64,000 bases of DNA, from assembly GCF_009914755.1 (NCBI RefSeq), contig NC_060935.1; one strand, written 5' to 3'. The DNA comes from the human T2T-CHM13v2.0 reference genome, Homo sapiens. The translations under genes and the position numbers were made by a program. The notes below the pieces were generated by a model. That model saw nothing but the letters and a program-made list of their open reading frames with translations, had not been told where the DNA came from and did no database searches. Below are positions 27,883-43,188 of this stretch, piece by piece. The stretch's first letter is position 1, and each line of letters starts with the position of its first letter.

Positions 27883-30800
27883 AAAGCTGCACATTTTACC
27901 TGACTTCCTAGCTGCCCTTTAAGGCAGTACCCCAGATGTCACCTGATGTGTGGGTGCTAGAAGCCCCACCCTTAAACAGACCACATCACAGACTCTACAT
28001 CAATGGCCTGGTCCTCAAGGACGGGCTGCTCAGAGAGCAGAGGCAAGGCCGCCTCCACCCAAAAGGAATCCCGTGAGCTCTGGATGTGGGCATCCCTGCC
28101 TGTGAGGAGGAGGTCAGCTGCAGAGGCCAGTCCTTCCCTCCAGGCTCGTACTTCCCGGCATCTACCAGGTTCCACCTTTCCAAAATTACAGCCAGCTCTT
28201 TCAGTTTTAAAATAGAAAGAACTATATTTAACTAATGGAGTGCCTTAACATGTGTGCCACAAGTTATGTCATTAGGTAAAAATAGCCTCTTTTTCCTAGG
28301 TGTTGGTGCTGTTGGTCCCAGAAAATAAAATCATCGTTCAGTCCTTCAGTCCATTGGCTGGACACTCCACCCCAGCTAGCACCAGCAAGCTCAGCTGCCT
28401 GCACAAGAAGGGTGTTTACAAACTGCCACGTGTAGAACTGGTGCCAGGTAGAAGGGGCAAGGATGTCCAAATCTTAAGCAAAGTGATTACAGGGCAGGGA
28501 TTAAACCTGATCTTACCAAAATAACTTTACCAGAGAGGCAAAACTCCTTCCATTTGTAAAAGCATAAATGTAGTTGCCTCTGAAGTCAAAAGGTTAGACA
28601 TCTCTTTGAGGCAGTCCGAAGGCATCTGCTTGTAGGTCTAAAGGCAGAAATGGTAAGGGCTGCCTCCTGCCTTGGCCCGTGGTGTTTGTTTTCCCTGGGA
28701 AGCTGCATCTCACCATATCCCTGGATTACAGCTGCCTCCCTGTGCTCTGGGCCAAATTCAAGAAGGTGTGAGCAAGAGTGAGGCAGCAGACGGGTGGGGC
28801 TTGTAGAAATTTCTCTGTACCCTTTAGGACTTAGAAATGACTCCTAAAGCAATTCTAAGTTTGCTCTTCCACAAGCATCTGACCTAACAAAGGAAGAGGA
28901 AGAATCACTTCCATTTATTGAGTGCTTTCTAGGTGCCAGGCACCACGTAAATTGCTTTATCTCCATGGCATTACTTAAAACACCTGTCACAGGAGACCAG
29001 CTAGTAATGTTTAGCCCAGGTGTATCGTCTCCCTCCTCACTGAAAGCAGACAATGAAACTGTATTAGAACTGACAGGTGGGAATCTCTTTGTACAGCCCA
29101 AAGCAAAGCTGAGCCTCACTGGGTCTTCACTCAAATGGTTTCAAACTCCCCTGCTTCAGTCAAACAGCTCCCAGCCTGGGAGGGAAAGCTTGCGGGACTG
29201 AAGGGTTTGGGGATCTGAGATTGTCTTTGAACCAACCTTTGGCACCATCTCATTTTGGTCGTCATTTTGGGGAAGGAATCTTGGAAATGGGCAGAAGTGG
29301 CCAGACTGCTATGTCGACCCTCCAAACTTTCTTTGATCAGTGTTGAAATGCTTTCAAAAGGAATAGCAAAACATCAGGCTTGGCTGAGCCAAGTTACCTA
29401 TAGCGCTGGTGGTGAAAATAAAACAAATTCATGTCAAATGATTTTCAAAGCACTTTCAGGCTATGGATTTACTTCATTATTTTAGCTCCGGCTAGATCTT
29501 TTAGGTCCTCACACATTTTGGCTTCCTCCAGGCCAGGCTGTGGATATGAGGGGAAGTCTCATTTGGGCAAGTCCACAAATCAAGGCAATAAAATATTAGT
29601 GGAATAACCGATTGAATTTATGATGGGATTTAAAGACAAGTATAAATGTGGGCCCTAGTTAATCACTAGCTCCATGTTCAGATGGGAAGAAACTAGGACT
29701 AAATCATCCAGGAAATGCATTTGGAAGAGTTTAGCATGATCCAGAGTTGAAGATTTATAATTCATTGTGCTGTAGAGGGAGAGTAATAATATTGTTGCAG
29801 AGCCCAAAGCAAGGGAGGAAATAATAAAATAAATAAAATATATGGTGTAAAATTGAATTTGAGGCCTTGGATACTAAAAGTGAGGAACTGGGAGAAGTGA
29901 AGAATGAAATAATATGCTACATAATCCAACTCTCCCGAGGATATGTTTCTCTAGAATTCTGAAAAGGTGCAAAATTATTTCCATTTGCCAATGATCCATG
30001 CCTAATTGCTTCTGGAGAGTAAAAGAGCAAGAAATGTATCTGAGAGAGAGAGAGGAAGACATACTTGTACAATGACACTTTAGAGGAGCTCCGCTTTCTG
30101 GCTTCAGAGCAGTGTAACTCACAGGTAAGGTAAAGCAGGATGGTGAGAAGAGGAAAGGGGCTTTGGGGGAACCCACCTCTTCAGCTTAGTGAAGTCCTAT
30201 AATGGTTTCTATTGGAACCCCAGCCCAGATACTTACCAGCGATGGGGCTTTGGGCAAAGGACTTAACCTTTTAAGACTCCATTTTGCATCTGTAAAATGG
30301 GGATATTAAAAGATTTCCTTGGTAAGTAAAAATAGGGCTCGCGGAGCAGGTGGCACATAGCACCCACCATCTGAGCCGTCACTGCTCACAGGGCATTAGG
30401 TTGTTGGAATGACATTCAGCAGCAGGCTGTGACCTGTGAACCCAAACTCTCCTAACTCCTCCCCTTTGCCAGCTCCTCCACCTTCAGCACAACACAGCAG
30501 CCACTCTCGTGCATGGGCAGGGCCTGGGCACTTTACAAAGCAGACTACTCGGGCCCTGCCACCCAGATTCTCACACATAAAAACCAAGGTGGAATGGAGA
30601 GTCCAAGGACAGTTGGTGGATGCTTGTGTAAAAGTGCTGGGAAACTTGCCTCTGGCTGCCCAGCTGTGAAGCGTGAGCCTTGCTTCTTGCCCCACATCCA
30701 CTCCTAGTCATTCAATCCTGGTTCCCTGCTTTGCCAGGAGCCTTCATAGACGCTGTAGAATGAGAGGGTGAGTTGCTTGAGGGGTAGCACAGATATTCCT

Positions 30801-31201
30801 GCCTAATAAATATGTTAAATCAAACAGGCTCATTAGAAGCCGGAGGCTAATGGCCGACTTACAATAAAATGCCGAGTCTCTCCTCCCCCAGGAAGTCTTC
30901 CTTGACTCTCCAAATTTTCACTATTCCCTTCCACTTATGAGTCCTCGAACCACCGCCACACAGTCCATTGCTTAGTAGTGGTGTGCTTGCCTACCTGTTT
31001 CATGGGAATGAGTATTTCTTGAAGGCAAGCGTCATGTAATTTTCTTCTATGATAAGGATATTTAAGGTGTTTATTGGACCCACTAACCATTGGTTGCCAA
31101 GTGAAGAGATGGGCTTCAGACTGTGATGAGTGATAAAAGAGTTCTGCCTACTGTGGAACCTGCTGGAACTCATCACTTGTGCTGAAAGTGCAACATCCCC
31201 A

Positions 31202-31202
<1 letters not shown>

Positions 31203-31245
<43 letters not shown>

Positions 31246-31249
31246 ACAC
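31203..31249. repeat. (CA)19 TA (CA)n microsatellite
   Basis: Direct read. Confidence 0.95.
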
Positions 31250-31870
31250 TGAGAAGGAGGAAGAGGTATGAGTGTCCTACCATAGAGATGGCCTCAGTGG
31301 TTACCTTACCTGTGTTCACTCAAGAGCTAAAATGTTCTCCCCAACGTCATCTCTCATCTTTGGGTATTTAAATATCTAAAATATGTTTTGGGGATGCCCT
31401 GGTAGAAATTTCTACACAGCTGTGCTTAAAAGGAGAAAAATCTAGTTTGGGTTTCTGTTCAAGACTAACACCGCTGGGTTTTTCAACTGCACAGATGGAA
31501 TTGCAGTAAAAGTCTCTCTGTTTCTTTTCTACAGCCATCTGAGGGATCCGTGTTCTTTCATGAAATCATTAATATTCTTAAAATACAGATGGTTCCCGTT
31601 TCCAGAGACATTGGTCCCGGGGTCTGTGAAATTGTGTTTATTTTCATTTTGATGTCACCATTTCTCAGGCAAAGGTTCCAACTGCTCTCCAAAACTTTAA
31701 AGAGTGCTCTGTCAGGATACGTAGTGAGGCAGCTAAGCACCTCCCTGGAGTGCTAAGTGGTTCAGGCAGCGCCAGATGCCATGGAGCCTGATGAGTGTTC
31801 TAGGGGAACCATGTGGAAGGGAGCTCTCCCAGAGAGAAAGAGAAGGGAAAGAAAGAGGGACAAGGGGTGA

Positions 31871-32308
<438 letters not shown>

Positions 32309-35300
32309 TGAGGGGCAGACCCAATCCTGAAGTGTCAAAGGAAGTAAGACGAGAAATGGAGAAAAGTAGAGAGCTGTGACCTGGAGGGGTCTGGCAGAGG
32401 CTGGTTACACTCTTCCCATGAGACCGCCTTTCCAGAAACTATTCCAATTTGAAAATAGATAGAGATGGGTGGTGCCCTGGCTGGTGTTTTCCTAAGTGAT
32501 TATTTAAAATTCCTCCAGGAAACTCTAGATTCAAGGCTTTTGGATTTAAGGTGTTGAAAATAATTTACATATTAGCTTCCTCTTAATCTTGGGATACTCT
32601 GGCACACCCTAACCCCATTTGACAGGGCTGCTATCTGCACACTTCCTTGATAAGGAAGAGCAGCCAAAGGTGCAGGTGTGTTAGGATCCATTGGAGGCTT
32701 TCTTCTGGTACAGCCAAGAAAAGGAAAAGAGCTTTGGAAAGGGCGAGCTTAAGAAAGAAAGCAGGCAGTTGTCCAAGAGATTTATCTAGTATGAGGTACT
32801 CTAGCACCAAGCGCCCATCAGTCTGATATGAATTTCATTTGATATGAAATATACACAGAGCAGAAGAATGGAATTATTTTAGTCCTGCTGGTAACCTCAG
32901 CCTGAGTGCCCTGCTTGGAATCCAGGCCAGGTGGTATATCAATATCAGTGCTACCCCTAAGTATGGAAGGATTGTCCTGGGGCCTGAAAAGATGGTGCTA
33001 GGATCACAGGAACACAGGTTTGGGCTCACACTACGTAAGAGCATTCTAGCAGCCCTGTGCAAAGACAGGGCAGCCTTGAGATGCTATTTGTTGTGAATGG
33101 CCAAGGCAGCTGCGAGTCTTGCAGGAGTTTAGCTTTGGGCAGGGGCTTGATGATTTTAAGCCCCCTTCGCAAGTTCAGATCCTTAGACAGCAACTCTGGG
33201 ACCTGCTTTTCCTGGACTGGCTGGCTCTGGGTTGGTGAGCTCTGTTTGCTCGCCATCGTTCTGTGGACCTTTAACTCCCCATCTTTGGAATCCACTGTCC
33301 CTTCAGCGACAGTGTTCCTCATGGGGCAGGGGCAACACGTGCTGGCTGGAGAAATGAAAAATCAAAAAACTGGCTTTGGCAGTTTCCACTGGTGCCTCTG
33401 TGCTCTCTGGTCACCTTTCCGAGGCGTCTGGTAACTAGTGCGAGAAAGTAGATGATGCAGTATTTGTTAGCTCCGGAGCAATTACCTCATGTCTGAGTCT
33501 TGCTGCAACATGAGGTCAGCCCAAGAAACAATTTCAAAAAAGGGGACAATTTTCCACCCAGTTTTTCAGAGCTTTGGATAATTAGCACTTTCTAATTCAT
33601 ATTTTCAGCTTTTAACTGTTTGTGGAATTTTAAAAAATAAGGATCTTTGAACAGAGTCCTGCAGTGATCTAGGTAGGCCAGGGTGGGTGTGTGGAGGTTA
33701 GCATGAGAAGGAGAGACCAGCAAAGCAACCTGATTCCAGCAGGAGTTTGCAGGAACCCTAAGCCCTTTCCTTCATTTGCCAGGAGTAGAGAGGACAACAG
33801 TAGCATAGACAGCATGCTCTGAACTGTTAGTTAAAGGGCCCAGTGCTTCGAGACTCTTCGGCGGATGCCCTTGTTGGGAGAATGTTCAAGGCATTCTCTC
33901 CATGTGGGGAAAGCCCATTCATGCCATATGACCCCGGGGCCCTAACCAGTCCATAAACAGCCCAAGGTCCCCTAGTACTTCCTGCCACCGAACAATGGGA
34001 ACACAGATGCTGAAGTGAGACAAATGCCTGAGAAGGTGGTCACTGGTCACCAGTAGAGAGACCTTCTATTGGAGAAGAGCAGATAACAAGGTTGAAGTGG
34101 AGGTGCAGAGGATGGCATTTTGGGGGGTATAGCATGGCAAGAAAAAGCAAATTGCTTCTTTCTTTTTAAGAATATTTATAGACAGAAAGTGCCCCCAAAT
34201 CAATAAAAATATTAGGTTTCCCAAAAGGGACTTATTAGTGGAGCATATTTCCAGAGTGGAGAGGAGGTGGAATCCAGCTTGTATACTGAAGACATTTGAA
34301 AATGCAGGGCAGATATCCAGAGTTGAGGATGGTGGCTAACAGTAGTACATCCACAAGATGGGAAGTAGTTGTTCTGCCATTGAAATGATTATTGGGAAAC
34401 ACCATGAGAAGTGCTTAGGATACAATGTTGGGTGGAAAAGCTCATTATAAAGTGGTCTGTGCACTGATAGAAAAACCATGTCTGCCTGCGAAAGCAAAAA
34501 ATTAAAATAATCGTGTTAAATTAAAAAAAAAAAAACCTTGCCCCAACATGGTATTGAAATATCCTTTTGAGGAACCTAGACTTAAAATGATCCACTGTCA
34601 GGGAAAAGGCTTTTAGATTCATGCTGCTTTTTAATTGGTGTCTACCTTGGGGTTCCAGCCTTGGGGACCCTCTAGTGTGAGGTGGTGGCTGGCTGCTAAG
34701 CGCCTGCAGGAGGCCGTGGGCTGGCGATCGTGTCTGCTCTGTTTCTGCTCTGGATTGCTGGGAACTCCCCCGTGACAACCAGCACTTTAAACGCTTTTAA
34801 AGCCTTCAAACACTTTATTGTTTTTCCAGACTGACTTCCAGTGGATGTTTTGTGCTTAGGTGGAAGGCCAGTGCTTGCGGAGAGTTTGAGGCGATGAGTC
34901 AAGGCAAGGGGAGAGGGTGCTGATTCTTTGTGCTTTATCATCTTGTCCTTTCATTGGAGAGGAAGGTGGGGCTCAGATATTTCCACTTTAGCAAGAGATG
35001 GATGGAAAATAGCTGAGATCCTTCACTCCGGTGGAGGAAGTACTGCAGGGTGAAGGAAAGTTGATAGAGCAGAATCGGGGACCTGAGACTGTGGCTGGTT
35101 GGAAGTCAGTAGAGTCCAAGTTGGTGGCACTTCTCTGATCTAATCTTTCTGGGCTTTATAGAAAGTCTAGAAAAAGGAAAACTTCATAGGATAAGAAGCT
35201 TTGGCATCAAATTTACATTTCACAAAAGGTGCTTGACTATTTATTCTGGTGGTTTGGGAGGGGAGCTAGACTTTTACATTTTAAATGCAAATGTATTTTC

Positions 35301-35544
35301 CAGGGTAGAGAAGAAATAGCAGTTCCCTGTGCCCCTACAGACCCTGTCTGATGGCCAGGCATGCTAGGGAGGTGCTTGTTCTTCACACCTGGGCGTGTCA
35401 GCTGTGCCAGAGGAGCTGTGTCACACGCCACACAGGCGCCCACCCCTCCCCCCCACCACCACAGGAAATGCAAGGAGGACTGTGATGGCTGGGGTGGCCA
35501 CGGTTCTTGGGGGTAATTCCCATGAGTCCTGGGAAACTCCAGGG

Positions 35545-35825
<281 letters not shown>

Positions 35826-35969
35826 GTTGCCCCCTTGTGGACAACTATCTACAGTACCCATTTTGAAGCTGAACCCACTGAGGCCCAGACAGCTTCAGAA
35901 ATTGGTTCAAAGGCATCCAGCCGATTGAGAGCACCTGGCATCTCAGACTAGGGCCTCTGGAGTCCCAGT

Positions 35970-36730
35970 CCCTGGCCTCGCGTTGCCGACGTTCCCCCGG
36001 CCCTGGAGACAGCAAGCCAGCCTGCGCCACACAGGCAAGGCAGCCTCACTCCCGGCCTTCCACGTGGGCAGCCCGGCCACTTCCCCCACAGCATTTTCTG
36101 TTGTCATTTGTACCAAGAGATAAATGCTTTCCAAAAACTTTCCTGTGGCCTCCTGGAAGGAGGCCGATTAAGCCAAACCTATCACCACGCTAACTTTGTC
36201 CTTCTCTGGGCCTGACTGTCGGCCCCACCAGTATCTCTCCCGGACACACCCCGTGTGGCAGAGGAGCCTTCGCAGCAGCTGCTGCGGGAACGAGATTTGT
36301 CCCTTCTCAGGCCAAGGCGGGGAAGGACCTCGAAGAAACGGAGGGCGCCGGGCTGGCAGTTCAGGCTCAGGGCCGCTGGGGGGAGTTTGCGCAAGGCTGG
36401 GAGCCCCGAGGCCCCGGGGGAGGTGGGGAGGCAGAAAGAAAAAGAGCCTTTTTTAAGTTTTACAAACAAGTTCGTTTTGTATGTCAATCTGGGTCTGACC
36501 TGGAAAAAAAAACACTAAGAAACTGCGTCTTCAAACAGTGGCTGCTCAAAAGAATGAAACTGCGCGACCGGGAGACCACGGAAAGGGTGTCTATCTTCAT
36601 TCCCATTTTTAATTTAAACTTTAATGGAAAACACATTTTGCATTTTCTGGTCTTTCCACCTGCAGCCTCAGATGGTCGGGCAGAGGTTTTGGGTCTGGGC
36701 AATTAAGCTGGTGCAATCTTATCACTTCCA
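35970..36730. promoter_or_regulatory. CpG-enriched candidate enhancer in intron 4 with ETS/GATA/E-box motifs
   Basis: High GC and CpG outside repeats. CACGTG 36061-36066, CACTTCCCC 36078-36086, AGATAA 36118-36123, TTTCCTG 36139-36145, CTTATCACTTCC 36718-36729. Confidence 0.45.
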
Positions 36731-38719
36731 GGCCTGGGTTTGACTGGTGAAGGAGAACAGAATGCCAGCTGAACAAAAGGCCAGGTTTCCCTGGACCCAG
36801 TAGTCAGCCAGGATTGTTGTTTAAAGATCCCAGAGCCTTGCACCCTCCCGCTCCTGCACACTCAGCCAGAGCTGTTGATATAGCAGTGCAGCCCAGAGAA
36901 AAGAGAGACCTGGATTCAATAGGCTGGCTGTGAGGGGGCACTGGTGAATTCTATGGTCACAGCGAGGCAGGAGACAAAGGCTTTGGCACTGGGACGCTTG
37001 CGCCCCCCTGGCCCAGGTGTCCCCGATGAAAAGCAGGTTAGGTTGAGGGAATGTGAAGCAGCAGAAACCGTGATTGTTGGGGTTCTACCCCACACCTGCA
37101 AAGCCTCACACTGCTCACTCCCCTCTCCTTTCAGATCCAGGTACTGTCTCTAGCAGCACATGGATTCAAACATGGAATGGAAAATGATCTTTTCCCCATG
37201 CTTGCACTTTGGGAAGGCCATTCTATTCTCAGCAGGAGCTACTTTATGCTTTTTAGAGCAAAAATGCCCCCAATAAATAGATATATGTATATGCATACAC
37301 ACCCATATACAAATATATACATACAAACACATATACAGAAACTTACAAATAACCAAGTAGGCAAATCTTATACTTCAGTTTGAACTGAAGTACAACACAG
37401 AGAGAAGTGCAAAAATCATGAAGTGCGCTACGTGAGACATTATCGTGACGTGAATCCACCCACTCCCATAAGCACCTCCCGGGCCAAGGAGTAGAATTTC
37501 AGCCCCCTGTACCCTCTCTCCACCCCACAACCGCTTCCTCCACAAAACTAACCACCACCCTGCTTCCCAGCCCCATAGGTGAGTTTTGCCTATTTCTACG
37601 ATTTAGCCTGGAGGCAGTGGGATCTGCCAGATTGAGGACAGGTTTTGTGAATAGACCACGATGGGGCTCCTGCCTTCTGCACTCTCTGGCTGTGTGATCC
37701 TGGGAAAATGATATGACTTCGCTGAGTGTTGCTCCTTTCATCTGTAAAAAGGAATAAGGGAATGCTGGCTCTGTATGGCTTATGCAAGGATTAAGTGAGA
37801 AAATAGATGGAAAGCGTCTGGCACACCGTGCATGTTCAGGGAGCACTGCGTCCCCACCACCACCTTCATCATGGCCTGTTTACCCTGATGTGCTGGCATC
37901 GGGAAGGTGGGGGAGCTCAGCAGCACAGGCCTGTGGCAGGGTCAGGCCAGAAAGAGCCTCAAGGCAGGAGAAAGCAGTCCAAAGCCACAGAGAGGGAGGC
38001 CAGACTCCAGGAGGACCTGCCTGCATCAGAACAAGTTCCTTAAGAAAACAGAGCCTGGGGAACTAATGAAGTAGAAATCGGAGAAGAGGAGGGAATCTAG
38101 GTCCCTTGGGAGAGAGGCCAGATGCCCCCAACCAGCCCCTCCTTGGGGAAGGCAGCCTCTCCTTCTAGGAGTGAAACTTGAACCAAGAACAGTCTTTAGG
38201 GCAAAATCCTTTTCCTAGGTTGCCATGAAATATGCATTTCATGCAAGCTTTGGAGAGGTCAAATGACCCTTTCTCTCAGCTTTCTGGGAGTTTCCTGTGG
38301 AATTCATGTGTGCCCAAAGAAGAACTTTCACCAATGGGGAAATTTAATAAATGTGGTTTATCTAAGGTTCGTGCTTTCGGCTACATCTGCACTAATGACT
38401 CAGGCAGTTTGCTCCTCGGAGACCATCATTTTTCTTTATTTGCTCCAGCAGTGAGGTTTCAGCCTGAGGGAGAGAACGTCAGGGACGGAGAGGCAAGCAT
38501 TCTTGGTCCTACTTCTGGGATTTTTTTGTATTCCCTCCGAACATTTGGTTCCATTTCTTCACTTCCTTCCAGTCGTGCCGGATTATTTCTTATTGCAGCA
38601 GAACCCATTCATAACTTTAATCAGAGGACAGGACGAATGTTCAGTAAACGCATGTATAAAGAGAACTATTGTATGTAATTGTGACATCTGTGGGAGAAAG
38701 GATGTAAAAATAGTAACGA

Positions 38720-38900
38720 TCATAGCTAGCATTTATGGAACACTTATGAGCCAAGGTCCATTCTGAGCACATTGCATGCATTATTTGATTTAATCTTCAT
38801 AATGCCATTGAGTGGTGTTAGCCCATTTTACAGATGAGAAACTGCTGGCTCAAAGAGATGAGGGAAATCAGTGGAGGGCACAAAGCTAGTCAGTGATAAG
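38720..38900 (-). mobile_element. MIR SINE
   Basis: agctagcatttatggaacactta...cccattttacagatgagaaactg is reverse MIR. Confidence 0.7.
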
Positions 38901-38942
38901 AGGCAGGTCTAATTTTAAAGTCTCCTTTGCTTAATAAACATA

Positions 38943-39239
38943 CAGTCGTGCTTTGCTTCATGATGGGGATAGTTCATCTTCATGTGAATACCACAAAATG
39001 TACTTACACAAACCCACATGGCATAGCCTACTACACACTGAGGCTGTATGCTACAGCCTGTGGCTCCTAGCTTACTAAGCTGTATAGCATGTTATTGTAC
39101 TGAATATAGTAGACAACCATAGCACAATGGCAAGTATTTGTGCATCTAACTTTTAAAAGATACAGTAAAAATACACTATTACCGTTGTCGTATATGTGGT
39201 CCATCTTTGCCCAAAACATCATTTTTTGGTGTGTGACTA
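38943..39239. mobile_element. Tigger3a/MER7-like TcMar DNA transposon
   Basis: TA-CAGTC...GACT(A) termini; internal tacttacacaaacc...gcatagcctactacac...tactgaata. Confidence 0.7.
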
Positions 39240-39501
39240 TTAACAGGAACTTGTCCCAGCCTTACTTTGTCATTGGTATTCTTGAACATGGAATAAGCAA
39301 ATGTAGCTGGCTCTTGGATGTTATATTCATGTGACTGTCTCATTTCTAAAATGGCATCCACATAGCCACACTTTGGCATACAGCGGGCTCAATACCACCC
39401 CCGTCATCCCCCTCCTTGTTTTCATCTGGAGCTGCTGCAGAGCTAGAACTAACAGTCATATTCTAGGCAATTGGACAATTCTTATAAAATTCTCTTCCTC
39501 T

Positions 39502-39775
<274 letters not shown>

Positions 39776-40525
39776 AAATTCTCTTCCTCATCGTCTGGCT
39801 TGGATAGTGCACACATTTTCTCTGAGGCACACAACCAAACGCCCACAGCTGGGTGAGGCGGCAACTCCATTTCGGCATCCCTTCCATGACTGGAGACTAA
39901 AAATAGGGGTGTGTCTGACAGCCCATTCCCACCCCTGGCACCCAAGCCAGTCCACTCGGCCACAGGGAGCGGGGAAAAGGGTTGTTTAGAAGAATTTTCT
40001 TAGCCTCGAATACATGTGTTGAGCTTATGGTATGTTTTATAAAAGCAGATCCCAGCCCTCGTTTCAAGGGCTCTTTAAGATTTCCTTAGGAGAATCTCAA
40101 AGAGAATGGCAAAAATGCCTAAGTTTCACAAAATACAACCTTGAATTCACTTTAAACAAAGGAAAAAGTCTAGTTTTAGGAAAGAAGGGAGAATGTGTTT
40201 TACATGTAACAACAAATTGCTTTTTCAAAGTGCTGGGTACAGAAGAGGTATGAATTGAAGTTTAATTTGAAAAGATTGGATATCAGCATTCTGAGATTAC
40301 AGAAAATTCAACGCGTGACTCCTCAGGTTCAGTGCGTGCTCTTAGACATAGGTGAAGGGAAGCAAAAGTTCCTATTGGAATACTACCACTCACCTCCTTC
40401 CCAACTCCCATTGCCCCCTCCACCAGTAACATACCTGTGTACCTTACCCTCACCTGTGAAAGGACCCATATGTACATAAACCCAGAAGATACCACAGCAG
40501 GAAGGAGTGATACTGGCTTCTCCTC

Positions 40526-40692
40526 CAGGCCATGGCAAAGTACAAGCTGCAGGCCAAATCTGGCCAAAAGTGGCCCATGGACAAAGCAAAACAAAAACTA
40601 AGAAGACTGTGCAACAGAGATTGTAGTTAGCCTATGAAGCCAAAATATTTACTATCTCCTTTTGATAGAAGAAATCTGCCAACCTCTGCTCT
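40526..40692. mobile_element. MER58-like hAT element fragment
   Basis: ggcaaagtac...ggccaaatctggcc...aaaatatttactatct...tttgatagaagaaatctgccaacctctgctcta. Confidence 0.65.
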
Positions 40693-41120
40693 AGTTCAAG
40701 AAAAAAAATCAAAATCTAGACATGTCAAGTCACTCACCAACTGTCACATGGTGAGTTAATAACAACTGGAATAGACCCGGGTTTACTGATTCTCAATGCT
40801 GTGTTCCTATCATGATTATGGCACAGACCACAGCGCTTCAGAACTATGAATATGGCAGCTTAGGGGGCGTGGTGTTTGTTTCCCCAGAGAGCATTTCATT
40901 CCAAAGTATTCTGTCTCTTCACTCCATAAAGCTATTACAGGCCTGTATGATTGTCTCCAACCAAATGGATTCCATTCGCTTTTCCTTTCTTCCTAGGAGT
41001 CCTCTGTCCCTCTTCCCCTCTCCCCATCTCTTTCCCTTTCTACTCCCTCCTCATGTCATCTCCTACTCTTGATCTCAGAAGAACATTTTGGTTATAACCT
41101 GTTTATGTTTTGCCTCTCAG

Positions 41121-41186
41121 GTTCACTGCTGGCCTATAATACAACCTCCCACACCGACCAATCCTCACGATTGAGTGTCAAAGAAG
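41121..41186 (+). CDS. FLI1: FLI1 coding exon 5 (66 nt, phase 1 to 1)
   Basis: Acceptor gttttgcctctcag|GTTCAC, donor AAAGAAG|gtaagt. Translates (S)SLLAYNTTSHTDQSSRLSVKE. Too short to appear in the ORF track. Confidence 0.97.
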
Positions 41187-41575
41187 GTAAGTTTGTTCTT
41201 TTGTGCACTTAAAATTTTCTTCTGTACCAGACATGACACAGGCCCATGCTGTTAAGGTTGTTGCAGAAAACCAGCTTGCTTGTTCCACTCAACTTTTCCT
41301 AGCATACAAAGACAAGCCAAAATTTTCGCCACTTGTGCTACCAGTTGCAAAAATACAGTAAAGAAAGTTTTACAGTATCTTGTAATAATATCACAAAGAT
41401 ACAACTTGAAGTTGTCACTCCATGCAGGAAAACATGTTACTTTTAGAAAAAAATGAATGCTGCTTACTTTCAAAGTTGAAAGTTGGGAGTTTTCTCTGAT
41501 GAAAATAATGAAATGAAGAGTTCAAGGATTCCAGCATGTCTACCTTTAAAGGTTTTTTTCCTAAGAAATTTTAGC

Positions 41576-41884
<309 letters not shown>

Positions 41885-43045
41885 TCATTTTTAAAGTGGT
41901 GGCTTAAGGGTTTGGTCTGGTTTGGTTTGGTTTTGCTGAGAAAGAAAACTTCCTCGGCAAATGATTTTTGCCAGTGAAGATTTTAGTACACGTCACAATA
42001 GAATTCCTCAGCGTCTTTATGAAACATCGTGAGGAGTGGTTCAGATACTGTTAGATTTCAGGCATTGAAACAAGTGAATAATTCATAGTACCTGGTTTAA
42101 AGGAGGAAAAGATGTGAACAAATAATTATTAGGAACCAGAGAGAGACTGGAAAAAATATTTGCGCGGCATAGCAAAAATTCCACAGAGGAGGGGACTTTT
42201 GAATAGGAGCTTGAAGAATAATAAGAGTGTGGCAGGCACTCTGTCCTCCTTGGCTCGCTGTCTGTCCCCAGTTTTTCTTTAACTCACCCTCCCCAAAATA
42301 TATAAGAAAGGCAGAAGTTCTCAGGATCAGTTACATATAGCACAGCACTGCAAAACCTTTCAGAGAAACAAAGGCTCTTCTAAGGGAAGGACCATTTGGC
42401 TTAAAATCCGCATGGGGTGTGAAGGAAACAGAGAGCCAAAGGCACTAGCTGGCTGTCTTGCCCAAGGTTACAACTTTGATCACACAGCACTTTGTGTTTC
42501 CTGTTAACAATTTATAATTTAATAATGACCAGAACATTTAGTGGAAGAATTATACAACATAATGAATCCGCTTTTAAACATTTGTGTTTTTCATTTGTTT
42601 CCTTCTCTCCTATCCCACCCTGAGCCAGTCCTGTTTCTGCCACTGTTTTTCCTTTCCAAATCAGATTTCTTGAGTTTTGTCATGAACGCTGAATTTCTAT
42701 GGATTCATTCTACATTGTGAGTCAGATTTCACTTTTTGACCTATTTTAATATGCTGTTGCAAATGTCTGTAAGAGAGAAAATACATTTTAGTGGCAAACG
42801 CATTAGATTGAAGGTCAGGGCACCTTTGGCTTCCTGTGAGAAAACCACTTCAGGCCCTGAACCTCAGTTTCCTGCAGAACGAAAGAGAAGAACTCTGTCA
42901 GCAAGAGGCCAGCCCTGACTCTGGAGATCTTGGCCTCTAAGGAGATGACAGGAGCACTCACATTGCGAGGGCTCAAGAGCCACTGTCCTTTGATATGTTC
43001 TACATACTGAGTTTTATTTCATTTGTGGATAGGGATCCACTTTTT

Positions 43046-43188
43046 GGAAGGAAGGAAAAAAGAAGGGGAAAAATGACTAGAGGGAGAGAGAGAGAGGGAA
43101 GGAAGGGAAGGGAAGGAAGATAGGGAGGGAGAAAAGCAAGGCTATAAGGAAGGAAGGGAGGGAAGGAGGAAGGGAGGGATGGGAGGAA
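43046..43188. repeat. GA-rich/degenerate GGAA polypurine tract
   Basis: Direct read; at most three consecutive GGAA (43046-43057). Confidence 0.85.

Noticed and set aside
43046-43188. Canonical EWS-FLI1 GGAA microsatellite enhancer
   Set aside because: No more than three consecutive GGAA units. Kept only as a low-interest non-B/weak-site note.
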